Shown here: piece after piece, positions 38,173 through 50,198 of the stretch
Numbering within the stretch: the first letter of the stretch is position 1
Layout: every line of letters begins with the position of its first letter
From: Torpedo marmorata
Taxonomy: Eukaryota
Length of the DNA: 64,000 nucleotides
Assembly (NCBI GenBank): GCA_977017645.1
Contig: OZ360238.1
Location: forward strand, 52,390,001 to 52,454,000
Reading direction: 5' to 3'
Program-made: the position numbers and the translations under genes
Notes under the pieces: model-generated
Databases searched by the model: none
What the model saw: the letters and a program-made list of their open reading frames with translations, nothing else
Told to the model about the DNA's origin: nothing

Positions 38173-38799
38173 TCACATGCCGTGTTTCTTCCTGATCACT
38201 GACATGGACAGCAGCTTCTCCTTGTTCCTCAGCTCCTCCCGCAGGATCGCCTCGCCGACCTTCAGCTGCCGGATGGTGCCCTTCATCTCCTTGATCCTCA
38301 CCTCCATCAGCGCGATGATGTCCTTCTGCTCGTTGAGCTTCCTCAGCAGCTCCTCGGAGGTGGTGGTGGAGGAGAGCGAGTAGGAGTGATCCAGGCACTC
38401 GGGCGGAGCGGGCGAGGAGGAGGAGGAGGAGGGCGGCGGCGGCGAGGAGAAGGAGGAGAAGAAGCCGGACAGGTCGACCGGCTTGGCTTCGCCGGGCACG
38501 GCCGTCGGCAGCTTCTTGCGGTAGCGCCGCACCTTCCTCTCGTTCACCCCTCTCAGCGGGAAGATGGTGGGCACGTTGACCGAGTAGGTCTTCCTGCCGC
38601 CGGCGAAGTGGACGCTGCACACCCGGTGCCCGGTGGTGGGGTGGAAGGTGCTGAAGCAGCCGGCCACGCCGGCTCGGGACACGTTCTGCAGCCACGCCCG
38701 GCGCTGCCCCTCGTCCTTGGGGAAGGTGTAGAAGCGCAGGTCGCGGTCGCGGTGCGAGTTGTTGTAGCAGCCGGGCACACAGCAGGTGAAGCCCGGCAT
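38173..38799 (-). CDS. THAP11: THAP domain-containing protein 11 (Ronin), intronless, 208 aa
   Basis: [22 protein letters not shown] zinc finger through VPTIFP; HCF-binding motif DHSY; C-terminal coiled coil [19 protein letters not shown]; neighbour of CENPT. Confidence 0.97.
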   Translation of the reverse strand: MPGFTCCVPGCYNNSHRDRDLRFYTFPKDEGQRRAWLQNVSRAGVAGCFSTFHPTTGHRVCSVHFAGGRKTYSVNVPTIFPLRGVNERKVRRYRKKLPTAVPGEAKPVDLSGFFSSFSSPPPPSSSSSSPAPPECLDHSYSLSSTTTSEELLRKLNEQKDIIALMEVRIKEMKGTIRQLKVGEAILREELRNKEKLLSMSVIRKKHGM

Positions 38800-38990
38800 C
38801 TCCCCACGCCGATGCCCCGGGGCCGCGTCTCGGCCCTCTCCCCGCCGCGGCTGCTCCTCTCCCCGCCCAACTTTCCGCTTTATTTATTTTTTCCCCGAAA
38901 CGCCGAGTTCGTTGCAAAGCCCAGGCCACAAGCGGAACTACATCCCCCACAATGCCGCGCGCCCTGCACGGCTACTTCCGGTCAAATAAC
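38800..38990 (-). promoter_or_regulatory. THAP11 promoter / 5' UTR
   Basis: CpG-rich; ACTACATCCCCCACAATGC at 38937-38955 (ZNF143/THAP11 type); ETS site ACTTCCGG about 38974. Confidence 0.8.
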
Positions 38991-39139
38991 TCCCCTTTCT
39001 GCTCCAAAGTAAGAGCACTATTGCAATAAACGTATTTTCTAAATTATAAATATGTTATAAATGCAACTTAATTCTATCTGACCCCGAATATCCAGTTATT
39101 ACCACTGTAAAGTCTGCACTAATAAACACTATTGCAATA

Positions 39140-39648
39140 AAAACACAATGCTGGAGAAACTCAGCAGGTCAAACAGTGTCCTTTATGTAGCAAAGATAAA
39201 GATACATAACCAACGTTTCGGGCTTAAGCCCTTCATCAAGGTACAGTATGAGCAAAATGTAGGCAGGCGTCTGAAGATAAAGATACATAACCAACGTTTC
39301 AGGCTTGAGCCCTTCATCAAGGTATAGTATGAGCAAAATGTAGACAGGCATCCGAAGATAAAGATACATAACCAATGTTTCGGGCTTGAGCCCTTCATCA
39401 AGGTACAGTATGAGCAAAATGTAGGCAGGCGTCTGAAGATAAAGATACATAACCAACGTTTCAGGCTTGAGCCCTTCATCAAGGTATAGTATGAGCAAAA
39501 TGTAGACAGGCATCCGAAGATAAAGATACATAACCAATGTTTCGGGCTTGAGCCCTTCATCAAGGTACAGTATGAGCAAAATGTAGACAGGCGTCCGAAG
39601 ATAAAGATACATAACCAACGTTTTGGGCTTGAGCCCCTCATTAAGGTA
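39140..39648 (-). mobile_element. Penelope-derived insertion containing an 81-bp tandem array
   Basis: Units start at 39193, 39274, 39355, 39436, 39517 and 39598; flanking direct repeat TAAACACTATTGCAATA (39123-39139 / 39662-39678). Confidence 0.92.
39193..39648 (-). ncRNA. Putative tandem minimal type-I hammerhead ribozymes (6 motifs, 5 with intact core)
   Basis: Minus strand unit: UAC C UUGAUGA a GGGC ucaa GCCC GAAA C guug GUU a UGUAU. Core has U in place of C3; activity untested. Confidence 0.6.
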
Positions 39649-39924
39649 TCACTATTTAAGGTAAACACTATTGCAATAGACATATTTTCTAAAATATAAA
39701 TACCGGTATGTTTTAAATGCAACTTAATTATATCTGACTGCAAATCTCCAGTTATTACCCCTGTAAAGTCTGCACTAATTACTGTTGGAAGTTTTGCAGT
39801 TTTATGATTCAAATTTACCACAGTAGACTCATAATGTTCACAAACACTTTCAAAAATGCATGGTTTAGAGTACCTATTAATTGAGAATATCCATACATGC
39901 ATAATTATATAATACATAACAAGA

Positions 39925-42556
39925 TGTCAATTTATTATTATTACACTGCGTATACACGATGGGTAAACCCCAGCCCCCCTTCCCCCCAAACCAAAACCCC
40001 AGAAAAGAAGAAAGAAAATAAATAAAAGAAAAGTATGAAGAAAGATAAAGTGACCTGGATGGTAAACAGTCGCCACCTACATCACGGTTTTTAATTAGTT
40101 ACTTTTTTTTCCTCATATATTTCTCAGGGGGAAATTGATGAGACGCTTGATAAGGGAAAGAAAAAAAACTATAAGTTTATTCCTACATTTGTAAATATGG
40201 GTGCCATATTTTCAAAAATACATCATATTTATTTCTTAAGTTGTACGTAATCTTCTCAAGTGGGATATAACTATGCATTTCTGTATTCCACCGTTCCATA
40301 CCCAAATGGGAGTCTGATTTCTAAGTTGCTGCTATACATTTTTTTGCTACTGCTAACGCAATTTTTAAGAATTCTTTTTGATACATATTTAATTTCAATT
40401 TAGGTCTTATCCCCTCAATATTACCTAATAAAAACAACATTGGATCTTGTGGAAATTTAGTTCTCATAATCTGCTCTAAAAAGGTTTGTAAATCTATCCA
40501 AAAAGATCTTACTTTAGGGCAAGACCAAGTTGAATGTAAAAAAGTTCCTATTTCCTGATTACATCTCAAACATTGATCTGATAAGTCTGATTTTAACCTT
40601 TTCAGTTTCTGTGGTGTAATATATAATTGATGTAAGAAATTATATTGAACCAATCTGTACCTAACATTTATTGTATTTGTCATACTATCTCGACATAACT
40701 CTGACCAGTTTCGTTCATCAATATTTATATTCAAATCCATCTCCCATCTTTGTCAAGATCTATGAATCCCTTTTTTAAAGTTAATTTTTGTAATAAATTA
40801 TACATAGACTGACGGAATATTTACCAAAATTGATAAATATGGATCAAACAGGATTTGTACAAAAAAGACAATCTGCAGATAATAATACATTTAGCACAGA
40901 AAAGGGGAGATTTAAGTGTAACAGTGGCTTTGGATGCCGAGAAGGCGTTTGATAGATTATAATGGGATTTTTTATTTAAGGTGTTGGAAAAATATGGGAT
41001 GGGACAGATATTTGTAAAATGGATTAAAGCTTTGTATAATGAACCTGGGGCCAGAGTGGTAACAAATGGACAGGTCTCTGTACCATTTCCATTAACAATA
41101 TCGAGTAGACAAGGTTGTCCATTATCACCAGCTTTATTCATTTTAGCAATAGAACCACTTGTAGAATTGATACGGTCAGATCCAGAGATTAAAGGATTTA
41201 AAGTTAACCGAGAAGAATACAAAATTAATTTATTTGCTGATGATGTTTTAATTTATTTGACAGAACCAATAAGTTCATTACGTAAATTATATTTAAGACT
41301 TGAAGAATATAGGAAAGTATCGGGTTATAAAATAAACTGGGATAAGAGTGAAATTATGCCTCTTACTACAGGAGACTATACTCAGTGTCAAAGAGAAACT
41401 CAATTTAAATGGCCAACGAATGGTATAAAGTACTTAGGTATACGAGTAAATAATGATTTTAAAAATTTATATAAATTGAATTACTTACCTTTATTGAAGA
41501 AAATTGGAGATCTTAATAAATGGATGACATTACCAATAACTTTGCTGGGTAGAGTTAACTGTGTTAAAATGAATATATTTCCTAGAGTACAATATTTGTT
41601 TCAAACACTACCGATACTATTACCACAAAAGTTTTTTCAAGAACTAAATAAATTTATAAGGAAATTTCTTTGGAAGGGTAAGATGTCGAAGATTTCTTTA
41701 GAAAAATTAACATGGAAATATGAGTTGGGAGGTTTACAACTTCCAAATTTTAAGAATTATTATAAAGCAGCACAAATGAGATTTATAACATCTTTTTTTG
41801 AAGAAGGACAGAAGTCGGCGTGGATTAAAATAGAATTAGATAAGATAGGAGAAAAAATATCAGAAGATTTTATATATAAATGGGAATCAAAATTAATAAC
41901 GGGTGATAGAGAAACCCCTCTGTTGAAACATTTGATTAATATCTGGAAAAAAGCAAACATTGATGATGAAATGAGGGGATCTCTATTATCAAGAATGTCT
42001 TTAATTCAAAATCGACTTATTCCTTTTACAATGGATAATCAACTATTATCCACCACCCAGGCCATGCCCTCTTCACTCTGCTACCATCGGGAAAAAGATT
42101 CAGGAGCCTAAAGACGAACACTCAACGGCACAAGGACAGCTTCTTCCCCGCTGCCATCAGATTCCTGAATAATCAATGAACCAAAGACACTGCCTTACTT
42201 TTCGTGCACTATTATTTATATTTTTTATAGTAATGTCGTAAGATGGTTATAATATGAATGTTTGCACAATGATGCTGCCGCAAAACACTGAATTTCATGA
42301 CTTGTTCATGACAATAAATTCTGATTCTGAAGAAATATATGGTCTCGCAAAGGAATTAAATATATAGAAGATTGTTATGAAGGGGATAAATTAATGTCAT
42401 TTGAACAATTAAGAAATAAATATGGAATACAAAATAATACACTTTTTTGTTACTATCAGTAAAAAGCATATTTAAGAGAAAAGTTAGGCCCAACAATGCT
42501 ATTGCCAAAACCTAGTGACATTGAAATTTTGATTCGGAATAGACGTATAAATTTTT
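39925..42556 (-). mobile_element. L1/Tx1-like LINE with an inverted 5' segment
   Basis: 39925-40815 is the ORF2 C-terminus and 3' UTR on minus; about 40816-42556 is the preceding RT region on plus (376-aa ORF, FADD). Confidence 0.88.
42049..42330 (+). mobile_element. Rex1-like 3' fragment nested in the L1
   Basis: Matches the 27661 family and ends AATAAATTCTGATTCTGA; L1 resumes after it. Confidence 0.88.
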
Positions 42557-43014
42557 TTACCTGGGAATGTCTTATGGAAACAATACAGATAATCACCAAT
42601 TCTTCTTTTAAAATAAAACTAAAAAAAAAATACAGTCTTCTGCAGGATTTGCTAACTGAGACACTGTCAGAATTTTTCTGAAGACCACAAAATGATGTCT
42701 CACTGCCACAATGTAGAGACACATGGTGGAACAAAGGAACTTAAGGATACCCAAGTGCACTTATAAATCTAACAATTCTTTTGAAACATATCAGAACAGT
42801 ACTCTTCCACTGAGCATGATTCCTTGTAACTGACCAAGATATTTTCTCCACATCAGTCTGACAGACCAAAATCTACTGCAGATTTTGTTTCCCAATGAAA
42901 TTCCCTTCATGGGTGTCATCACCATAGTGAAAGGTTCTGTCTCCTCTGCAGCTGGCCTAGTTATTTTAAAACCTGAGGTTCTAAGCAAGCAAAGTCACAG
43001 TGCTGAGATAAGTA

Positions 43015-44985
43015 TTAAAAGCACAGAAATGCTGGAGGAACTCAGCAGGTCTCACAGCATCCATGAGGTAAAGGTATATTTCTGATGTTTTGGGCCTGAG
43101 CCCTTCAAGGTATGAGCAAAAAACAGGCAGGTGTCTGTATTAAAAGACTGGTGAAATGGGAATAATAGCAGGGGGAGGAGTACAGGCCAACAAACCAAAG
43201 GTGTAATTAGATATGATAAGATGACAAGTGAGGAAAGGTGAGAATTGATGGTGTAGGCTTGTAGCATGGATTGCTCCACATAGCCAACAAAGACGCAGAC
43301 ATAGCTGGGGCCCATGCGGGTACCCATGGCTACCCCTTTGAAATGGAGAAAGTGGGATGAGTCAAAGGAGAAGTTATTGAGGGTGAGGACAAGTTCTGCC
43401 AGCCGGAGGAGGGTAGTGGTGGAGGGGGTCTGTTGTCAAGAAAGAAACGAAGGGCTTTGAGGCCTTCGGTGTGGGGGATGGAGGTTTATCGTGATTGGAT
43501 GTCCATGGTAAAGATGAGGTGGTGGAGTTCAGGGAACTGGAAGTTGTTGAAGTGATGGAGGGCGTGTGTACGACTACTTTGGTGCTGCTTTGTGTACCCA
43601 TGATGAGCTCGTCGACTTTATCCACTTTGCTGCCAACTTCCACCCCGACCTCAAATTCACTTGGTCCATCTCCAGCAACACTCTCCCTTTTTTTGATATC
43701 TGTGTTTCCATCTCGGGAGGCAAACTCTTGACAGACATCTTCTACAAACTCACCACTCCCACAGGTACCTTCACTGCACCTCTTCACATCCTGTCCCCTG
43801 TAAGGATTCCATTCCATTCTCTCAATTCCTCCGTCTCCGTCGCATCTGCTCCCAGAATGAGGTCTTCCATGCCAGATTATCAGAGATGTCCTCCCTCCAA
43901 ACAATGTGGCTTCCCCTCTACCACCATCAACTCGGTCCTCACCTGCATACCTCCATTATCCGCACAACTTCCCTGGCCCCCTCCATCCCCATGCGCAACA
44001 AGGACAGGATTCCCCTTGTCTTCAGCTACCAACCTCTGCATCCAACATATCATACTCCACCAATTCCGCCACGTGCTGCATGGTCCCACCACCAGACACA
44101 TATTTCCCTCTCCGCCTTCTACTGCAGGGACCGCTTCCTCCGTGACTCCCTCGTCCACTCCTCCCTTCCTTCCAATCGCCCCCTTGGCACCTACCCCTGT
44201 GATCGCAGGAGGTGCTCCACTTGCACCCACACCTCCTCCCTCACCACCATTCGGCGCCCCAAACAGTCTTTCCAAGTGAAGCAACACTTCACGTGAATCT
44301 GCAGGGGTCGTCCACTGCATCCGGTGCTCATGTTGTGGTCTTCTCTACTTCGGAGAGACTAGGCGCAGACTGGAAGATCAATTCATTGATCACCTCGGAT
44401 CTGTCCGCCGCAATAGCATGGATCTCCAAGTGGTCACCCATTTCAATTCCCCGTCCCATTCCCTTGCAGACACGTCTGTCCATGATCTCATGTACTGCCT
44501 GACTGAGACCACCTGCAAATTGGAGGAACAACACCTCATCTTCCATCTGGGCACCCTCCAACTGGATGGCATTAACATCAACTTCTCTGGTTTCTGTTAG
44601 CCCCCACCCCATCTTTCCCTATGTCTCCTTTCCTCCAGCTCTGTCTCTCTCTCTCTCTCTTCCCTTTTCCCTTGGTCTCCTTTCACAGAGTCAAAAACAA
44701 ACCCCCTCCCCCATCAATTCTTATCTTTCCTCTCTCCTGTCCTCTTATCATATCCAATTAACACCTTTTGTCTGTTGGACAGTACTCCTTCCTCTCCCAT
44801 TCTTGCCTTTTCACCAGTCTTTAAATACAGACGCCTGTTTTTTGCTCATACCTTGACGAAAGGCTCAGGCCCGAAATGTCGGTAAAACATCTTTACCTCC
44901 ATGGACACTGCGAGACCTGCTGAGTTCCTCCAGCATTTCTGTGTTTTTACTATAATCACAGCATGTGCAGACTTTTGTGTTTCAC
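43015..44985 (+). mobile_element. Penelope-like element: inverted 5' pLTR/RT piece, RT C-terminus, GIY-YIG remnant and 3' pLTR
   Basis: MGTRMGPSY (minus), FHPDLKFTWSIS..LPFFD, VQVKQHFT-like, EEQHLIFHLGTLQ.DGININF; hammerhead-like CCTTGACGAAAGGCTCAGGCCCGAAA at about 44851. Confidence 0.88.
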
Positions 44986-44996
44986 CCTCACTGCTC

Positions 44997-45636
44997 ACCC
45001 GTGGAGAGCATTCTGGCTGGTTGCATCACTGCCTAGTATGGAGGCGCCAACTCTCAGGACAAGAATAAACTCCAGAGCGTTGTTAACTCGGCCTGTGACA
45101 TCACAGGCTCCAGACTTCACTCCATCGAGGACATCTACATGATGCGGTGTCTTAAAAAAGCAGCCTCTATCCTTCAAAGACCCCCACCACCCAGGCCATG
45201 CCCTCTTCACTCTGCTACCATCGGGAAAAAGGTACAGGAGCCTAAAGACGAGCACTCAACGGCACAAGGACAGCTTCTTCCCCGCTGCCATTTCAAAGGC
45301 ACCCGACAACACCTAAAAGGAGAGGCTATAATAATTGGAAAACGGGGCAATCAGTGACTGGCTCACTGTCACAGCTTTTGTTTGCAAATAAAAGTTTAAA
45401 ACTTCTTGAAGAATCTTCTGCGTCTCCTGGTAATTTTCGGGCTACGGTAAATCACAACACCATCAGATTTCTGAATAATCAATGAACCAAAGACACTGCA
45501 CTATTCGTGCACTATTATTTATATATATTTTTATAGTAATGTCGTAAGATGGTTATAATATGAATGTGTGCACTATGATGCTGCCGCAAAACACCGAATT
45601 TCATGACTTGTTCATGACAATAAATTCTGATTCTGA
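44997..45636 (+). mobile_element. Rex1-like 3' end interrupted by an LTR remnant (45292-45459)
   Basis: Family tail ATTCTGATTCTGA; the insert is flanked by CCAT/CCAT, has AATAAA and ends ACAACA. Confidence 0.8.
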
Positions 45637-46193
45637 CTATGCTGAGACCAGAGCAAAAAATGATGATAAATTTCTAAACTTTAACCTTTGCAATGCCATC
45701 GTGGGAACCACTGAGCCATGATAATATTGTCCATTAGCATATTGCAGCAGTCATGTACTATGCAAAGTGCCATCTAGAAAATAACTTATTTCAGCCAAAA
45801 CAGGTTCTGATTACTGAACTGGAGAAGAACTTCTGCCAGGTCAGGACAAATGGACTGGCGGAAGAAGTTTGTTTATTCATTTGCACCAAATATAATTTAA
45901 ATGAATGTGATTAAATTAAATTGAATTAAACTCTTACTTTCTCATGAGCATTACAATATTTTTAACAGAATGCAGTAGAAAGTGAAAATGTGTAATCATC
46001 AGATTATGCTGCTATGGAGAAAGAAATAGAGCAAATGTTTCAAGTCAATACCTTTGCAATTCTGTTTAGGGATGCAACAGCATGGGATTCAGGAATTAAT
46101 AATTAATTTTGAGATTGCTGCAAGCAATATGGGTAAAAAAAATCATAGCTCATAAGTTGAATTGGGTTCTCTTCATTTTTGACTTTTTCACAT

Positions 46194-47029
46194 TGTTATG
46201 GACCATGACTGACCACTTAGACTGCGGACGGTCAGCAGGAATGAAGTCTTTTGGAGTACACACTGGGACCAGGTACTGAAAGAGTTAACTTGCCCAGGAC
46301 TTCTAGACACCAGAGAGAGACAGACTGTGGACAGATACTTTGTTGCACTTTTGCAAAAGCAGGTGCAAACCTCTGCAAAAAGCATTGAGGTTCAGTTGTG
46401 TTTGCAGTTGCAAAGGCTGGAGAACACAGCCAAATCCAGGCTTGTGCATCCCAGGGGAAAAGGCTGGGAGAATAGCACATGGCCTCCTGTATCATGAGTT
46501 AAAACAACTTTTGTGAAGAACAGGCGTGAGATCAGCGAGACCGGCTGTGAGATCCAAGTACACGCCTCAATCAGTAGTATACTGATTTGGAGTCGCAATC
46601 CTTGTGAATCTACCAAAAGGGAAAATCATCAGAGAAGAAAAGCAGGCCAAGCATTCGTAAGCTTAAACAGTCATTGTCTCTCTCTCCAACGTTCATTAAG
46701 AAGTCCTTCTTGCCAGCACACAGAGCTGAATTTGGACCCTGAACATAGAGAGTGAATTTTTGTGGACTGTATTTTTGGGACTGACTTATTTTTATGACTG
46801 ACCTGGGGGTTTTGGGGAAGGTTTTCCATTTTTACATGAGGGTTGGGCACAGACTGTAATGGTCTGGGCTTTACACACACACTCTTTAGATAAGAATAGT
46901 GTTTATAGACGTTTATAGTGGGGTTAATTGTTGTGAAATTATATGTTTAATTGTCTTTAATAAATATAAATTTCAATTTTACCCCTTTTGCATTGCGTCT
47001 TCTGTCGTTGCTGGTTTGAATTTGTAACG
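46194..47029 (+). mobile_element. Solo LTR (family B)
   Basis: TGTTATGG...TGTAAC(G); AATAAA near the 3' end; inverted near-copy at 59852-60712. Confidence 0.82.
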
Positions 47030-48295
47030 TTAATGATAAAATATTGAAAATGAGGCAAAAGCTGATTGGGGCAGCTGGAGAGAGTGAATGAAGCCTCCAG
47101 GAATACATCCAAAAAGTGCTGACAACCCTCAAATTGTTTGTCTTGAGTATGCTTTTGTGTGATCCAAATTATTCAGAAAGATAGATGTTCTACTTTGCAG
47201 AAATTGCTAAACCGATGCCTATGTGATATCGATATATTTGTTACCAGACAGAAATAGTTTATTCCTTCGAGTTTACAACTGCTTTTTACACACTAATCCA
47301 GTCATTCTTTACTTTGTGTCATAGTTGCGAAAAGTTCTTCAAATAATTGAGAACCGCAATTGAATCAGCATCCATCACACTTTTACATCAACCAGCATCA
47401 TAGAAAGTTTCCAGAATGAAGAGGCCTGTTGGCCTAACAAGCTTTTGCCAATAATGTGAAAGAGCAAACAAGATTGTCACACTCCCCTGCCATCTCCACA
47501 CTGATCTGCATATTTTTTCCATTTCAAGTACACATCCTATTTCCTTTCGAATGTTACTGCCATCCTTGAATTATTACTGCATTCTTGATTCTAACTAGTC
47601 ATGGTGTCTACCTGTGTAACTGAAATCCTTCATCCCAAGAATCATTCCTTGTGCAATCTCTCTGAGGTCTTCATGTCTTTTCTGAATTGTGATGCCCACA
47701 AATCGTCACAATATCCCATTTGTGACTGACTGAGTTCTATAAAGGTTCACCATGTTTGCTTTGGGTGCATTTATTTATGCAATCCAGAATCCAATATGTT
47801 TTTAAATAATTTTCTTCACCTGCTCAACTGCTTTCAACAGTTTATGCAAACGTTCCCCAGATATCCTTTTATTCCTTTTAAAATTGTAACAACCTGTTAT
47901 TCATTATTGAGAATAGTTAGTTGTTAATTTAATTGTTATTTTAATTACAAATTATTTAGTGAAGTCAATTCAAATTCCCTAGCTGTAGTGGAGGAACCTC
48001 GTTTAGTAACTTTAAAAAAACACCCACTAGATTTCTTGTCATTCGCTTAAATCCGCCTTCTCTGGCCTTGATCATCCCTCAAAGTTTTTTTTTTGTATTT
48101 ACCCTATCTAAACCAGCCATGATGTGTACATCTCTATCATTCTCGTTAGTGAAATCCATAATTTCTAAAATTATTAAGTACATCCTTTAAAATTACTTTA
48201 ATTGTTTGAATGTTAACGTGGATAAATAAAATTAAAAGGGATAAACAATTAAAAGTGATAAACAATAGTCCTGATTAATGTGGTGGACAAATATC

Positions 48296-48842
48296 AAAAT
48301 CAGAATTTATTGTCACAAACAAGTCATGAAATTCGGTGTTTTGCGGCAGCATCACAGTGCAATTAACATTCATATTATAACCATCTTATGACATTACTAT
48401 AAAAAAATTATAAATAATAGTGCACGAAAAGTAAGGCAGTGTCTGGTTCATTGGTTATTCAGGAATCTGATGGCAGCGGGGAAGAAGCTGTCCTTGTGCC
48501 GTTGAGTGCTCGTCTTTAGGCTCCTGTACCTTTTTCCCGATGGCAGCAGAGTGAAGAGGGCATGGCCTGGGTGGTGGGGGTCTTTGAGGATAGAGGCTGC
48601 TTTTTTAAGACATGTAGATGTCCTCGATGGAGTGAAGTTTGGTGCCTGTGATGTCACAGGCCGAGTTAACAACCCTCTGGAGTTTACTCTTGTCCTGGGA
48701 GTTGGCGCCTCCATACCAGGCAGTGATGCAACCAGCCAGAATGCTCTCCACGGTACACCTGTAGAAGTTTACGAGAGTCTTCGGTGACATACTGAATCTC
48801 CTCAGACGCCTCACAAAGTATAGCCGCTGACGAGCCTTCTTT
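48296..48842 (-). mobile_element. Rex1-like 3' end
   Basis: FYRCTVESILAGCITAWYGG, FTLLPSGKRYRS and family tail. Confidence 0.9.
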
Positions 48843-48849
48843 TCTATAC

Positions 48850-49178
48850 TATTCTGGGCAAGCGAACCGGTGCCAGCAATGGCAGCCGTGCAAGTACACG
48901 TGGCAACATCAGGGGCCGGCGCAAAGATGGCACCGACCCCCCTTCTTCAACCAGGAGAAGAAGGACAGGAGACCCGAACGTGGAAAGTTCCCATTGTAAT
49001 GTACAGCTCCCATTGTCATGTAGATGACAGCGATTAAGCGGCAATGGTCATGTAAACGACAGCAATTAAGCTCACAGCCCTGCTTAAAAGCCAGGGCTGC
49101 GAGACCCGATTAAACAGTCTTGCTTGCAACCCACCGACTGTGTGTTGTTCTTCAGAATTCTGTGTAGCTCACGCTGCC
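48850..49178 (+). mobile_element. Probable LTR remnant related to 34408-34779
   Basis: CTTAAAAG, ATTAAA, then GACTGTGTGTTGTTCTTC..GTAGC resembling the 3' end of the 34408 LTR. Confidence 0.45.
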
Positions 49179-49384
49179 CTATCTTCAATAAAGCTTCAAC
49201 CCAGAGCGTTTATTTCGACATCTCAGACAACCAGCCAATCCCACATTTTCAACAGTCATAACAAAATTGCACGGCTCTCGAATGCTAATTTGTATGATGT
49301 TTTAACTGAGTATGCAACAGGAGTCGCTCAATTAGTGTTGTTCCCTCCTCCTTTCCCGCCGGCTTCACATCGAGAGTCCGGGGT

Positions 49385-49517
49385 ATTGATGAAGGGCTCA
49401 AGCCTGAAACATTGGTTATGTATCTTTATCTTTACTATATAAAGTACACTGTTTGACCTACTAAGTTTCTCCAGCATTGTGTTTTTACTTCAACCACAGA
49501 CTTTAGTGTTTTACTTC
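49385..49517 (+). mobile_element. Penelope-derived short element starting at the hammerhead core
   Basis: TTGATGAAGGGCTCAAGCCTGAAACATTGGTTATGTATC. Confidence 0.8.
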
Positions 49518-49839
49518 CAGGGGATTGTTTCCAACCATTTAATTTGGGTATGGCGCTGTACCCTCACAAGGCAAATGAGTGCTGCAGTGAATATGAACTA
49601 AACTGAGCGAAGTTATCTCCCTACCGTTGGAAACCCATTGGACCATTGCAACCAAGTTGGTGGAGGCATTGGACCCGGCAGCGTCTGTGGAGGGAGAATC
49701 ACAAGTAACGTTTCATCAGAAAACTGATAGTAGGGCAAGGGACTTAACTGTTAGCTGTTTCCCTTCCCAAAGATCGGGCCTGGGTTTTACAACGGGTTTT
49801 GATCATATTTCAGAATTCCTTCCAACAGCTGTTTTATTC

Positions 49840-50060
49840 CGCTTTTCACATAATGGCGACTGGTGAAGAAGTGCCCACAACAGAGGACTACATGTCCCAG
49901 GGTTCACTGCGAGGCGGGACCGGGCCTTCTGCCGCCAAGATCTCGCGAGAGCAGGTTGAGCCGCGAAGCGGGAGAAAGGGGATATTTTGAACCAGGGTTC
50001 GGGCTGTGGTGAAATTGGAGTGATCGTTCTGGTCACTTTGTCAACCGATGTTCTCGAAGG
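49840..50060 (+). promoter_or_regulatory. Probable CENPT promoter / first exon region
   Basis: ACTACATGTCCCAG at 49887 (ZNF143/THAP11 type), TCTCGCGAGA at 49941-49950 (BANP-type), AATGGCG (YY1-like), CpG-rich, about 2 kb upstream of the first coding exon. Confidence 0.7.
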
Positions 50061-50198
50061 TGAGAGAACCTTCAATTAAAGACAATAACGGCCGCTGGTC
50101 AAGAGCCCAACCGTCACGTGTGGGACAACGGCCTCTGCACAATCCCCAGCCCCTCGTCACCTCCTCACTGCCCCCATCCCCCTGGTGTACTCACTGGA

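Noticed and set aside
38063-39012. Overlapping 295-aa and antisense 208-aa ORFs at THAP11
   Set aside because: Shadow frames of a GC-rich coding sequence.
39169-39917. Repetitive hydrophobic ORFs or a CRISPR-like array
   Set aside because: An 81-bp unit is divisible by 3, so frames stay open; there are no unique spacers, no cas genes, and the DNA is eukaryotic.
49853-49990. MATGEEVPTT as the CENPT start
   Set aside because: It overlaps promoter motifs; CENP-T-like sequence begins at 51872.
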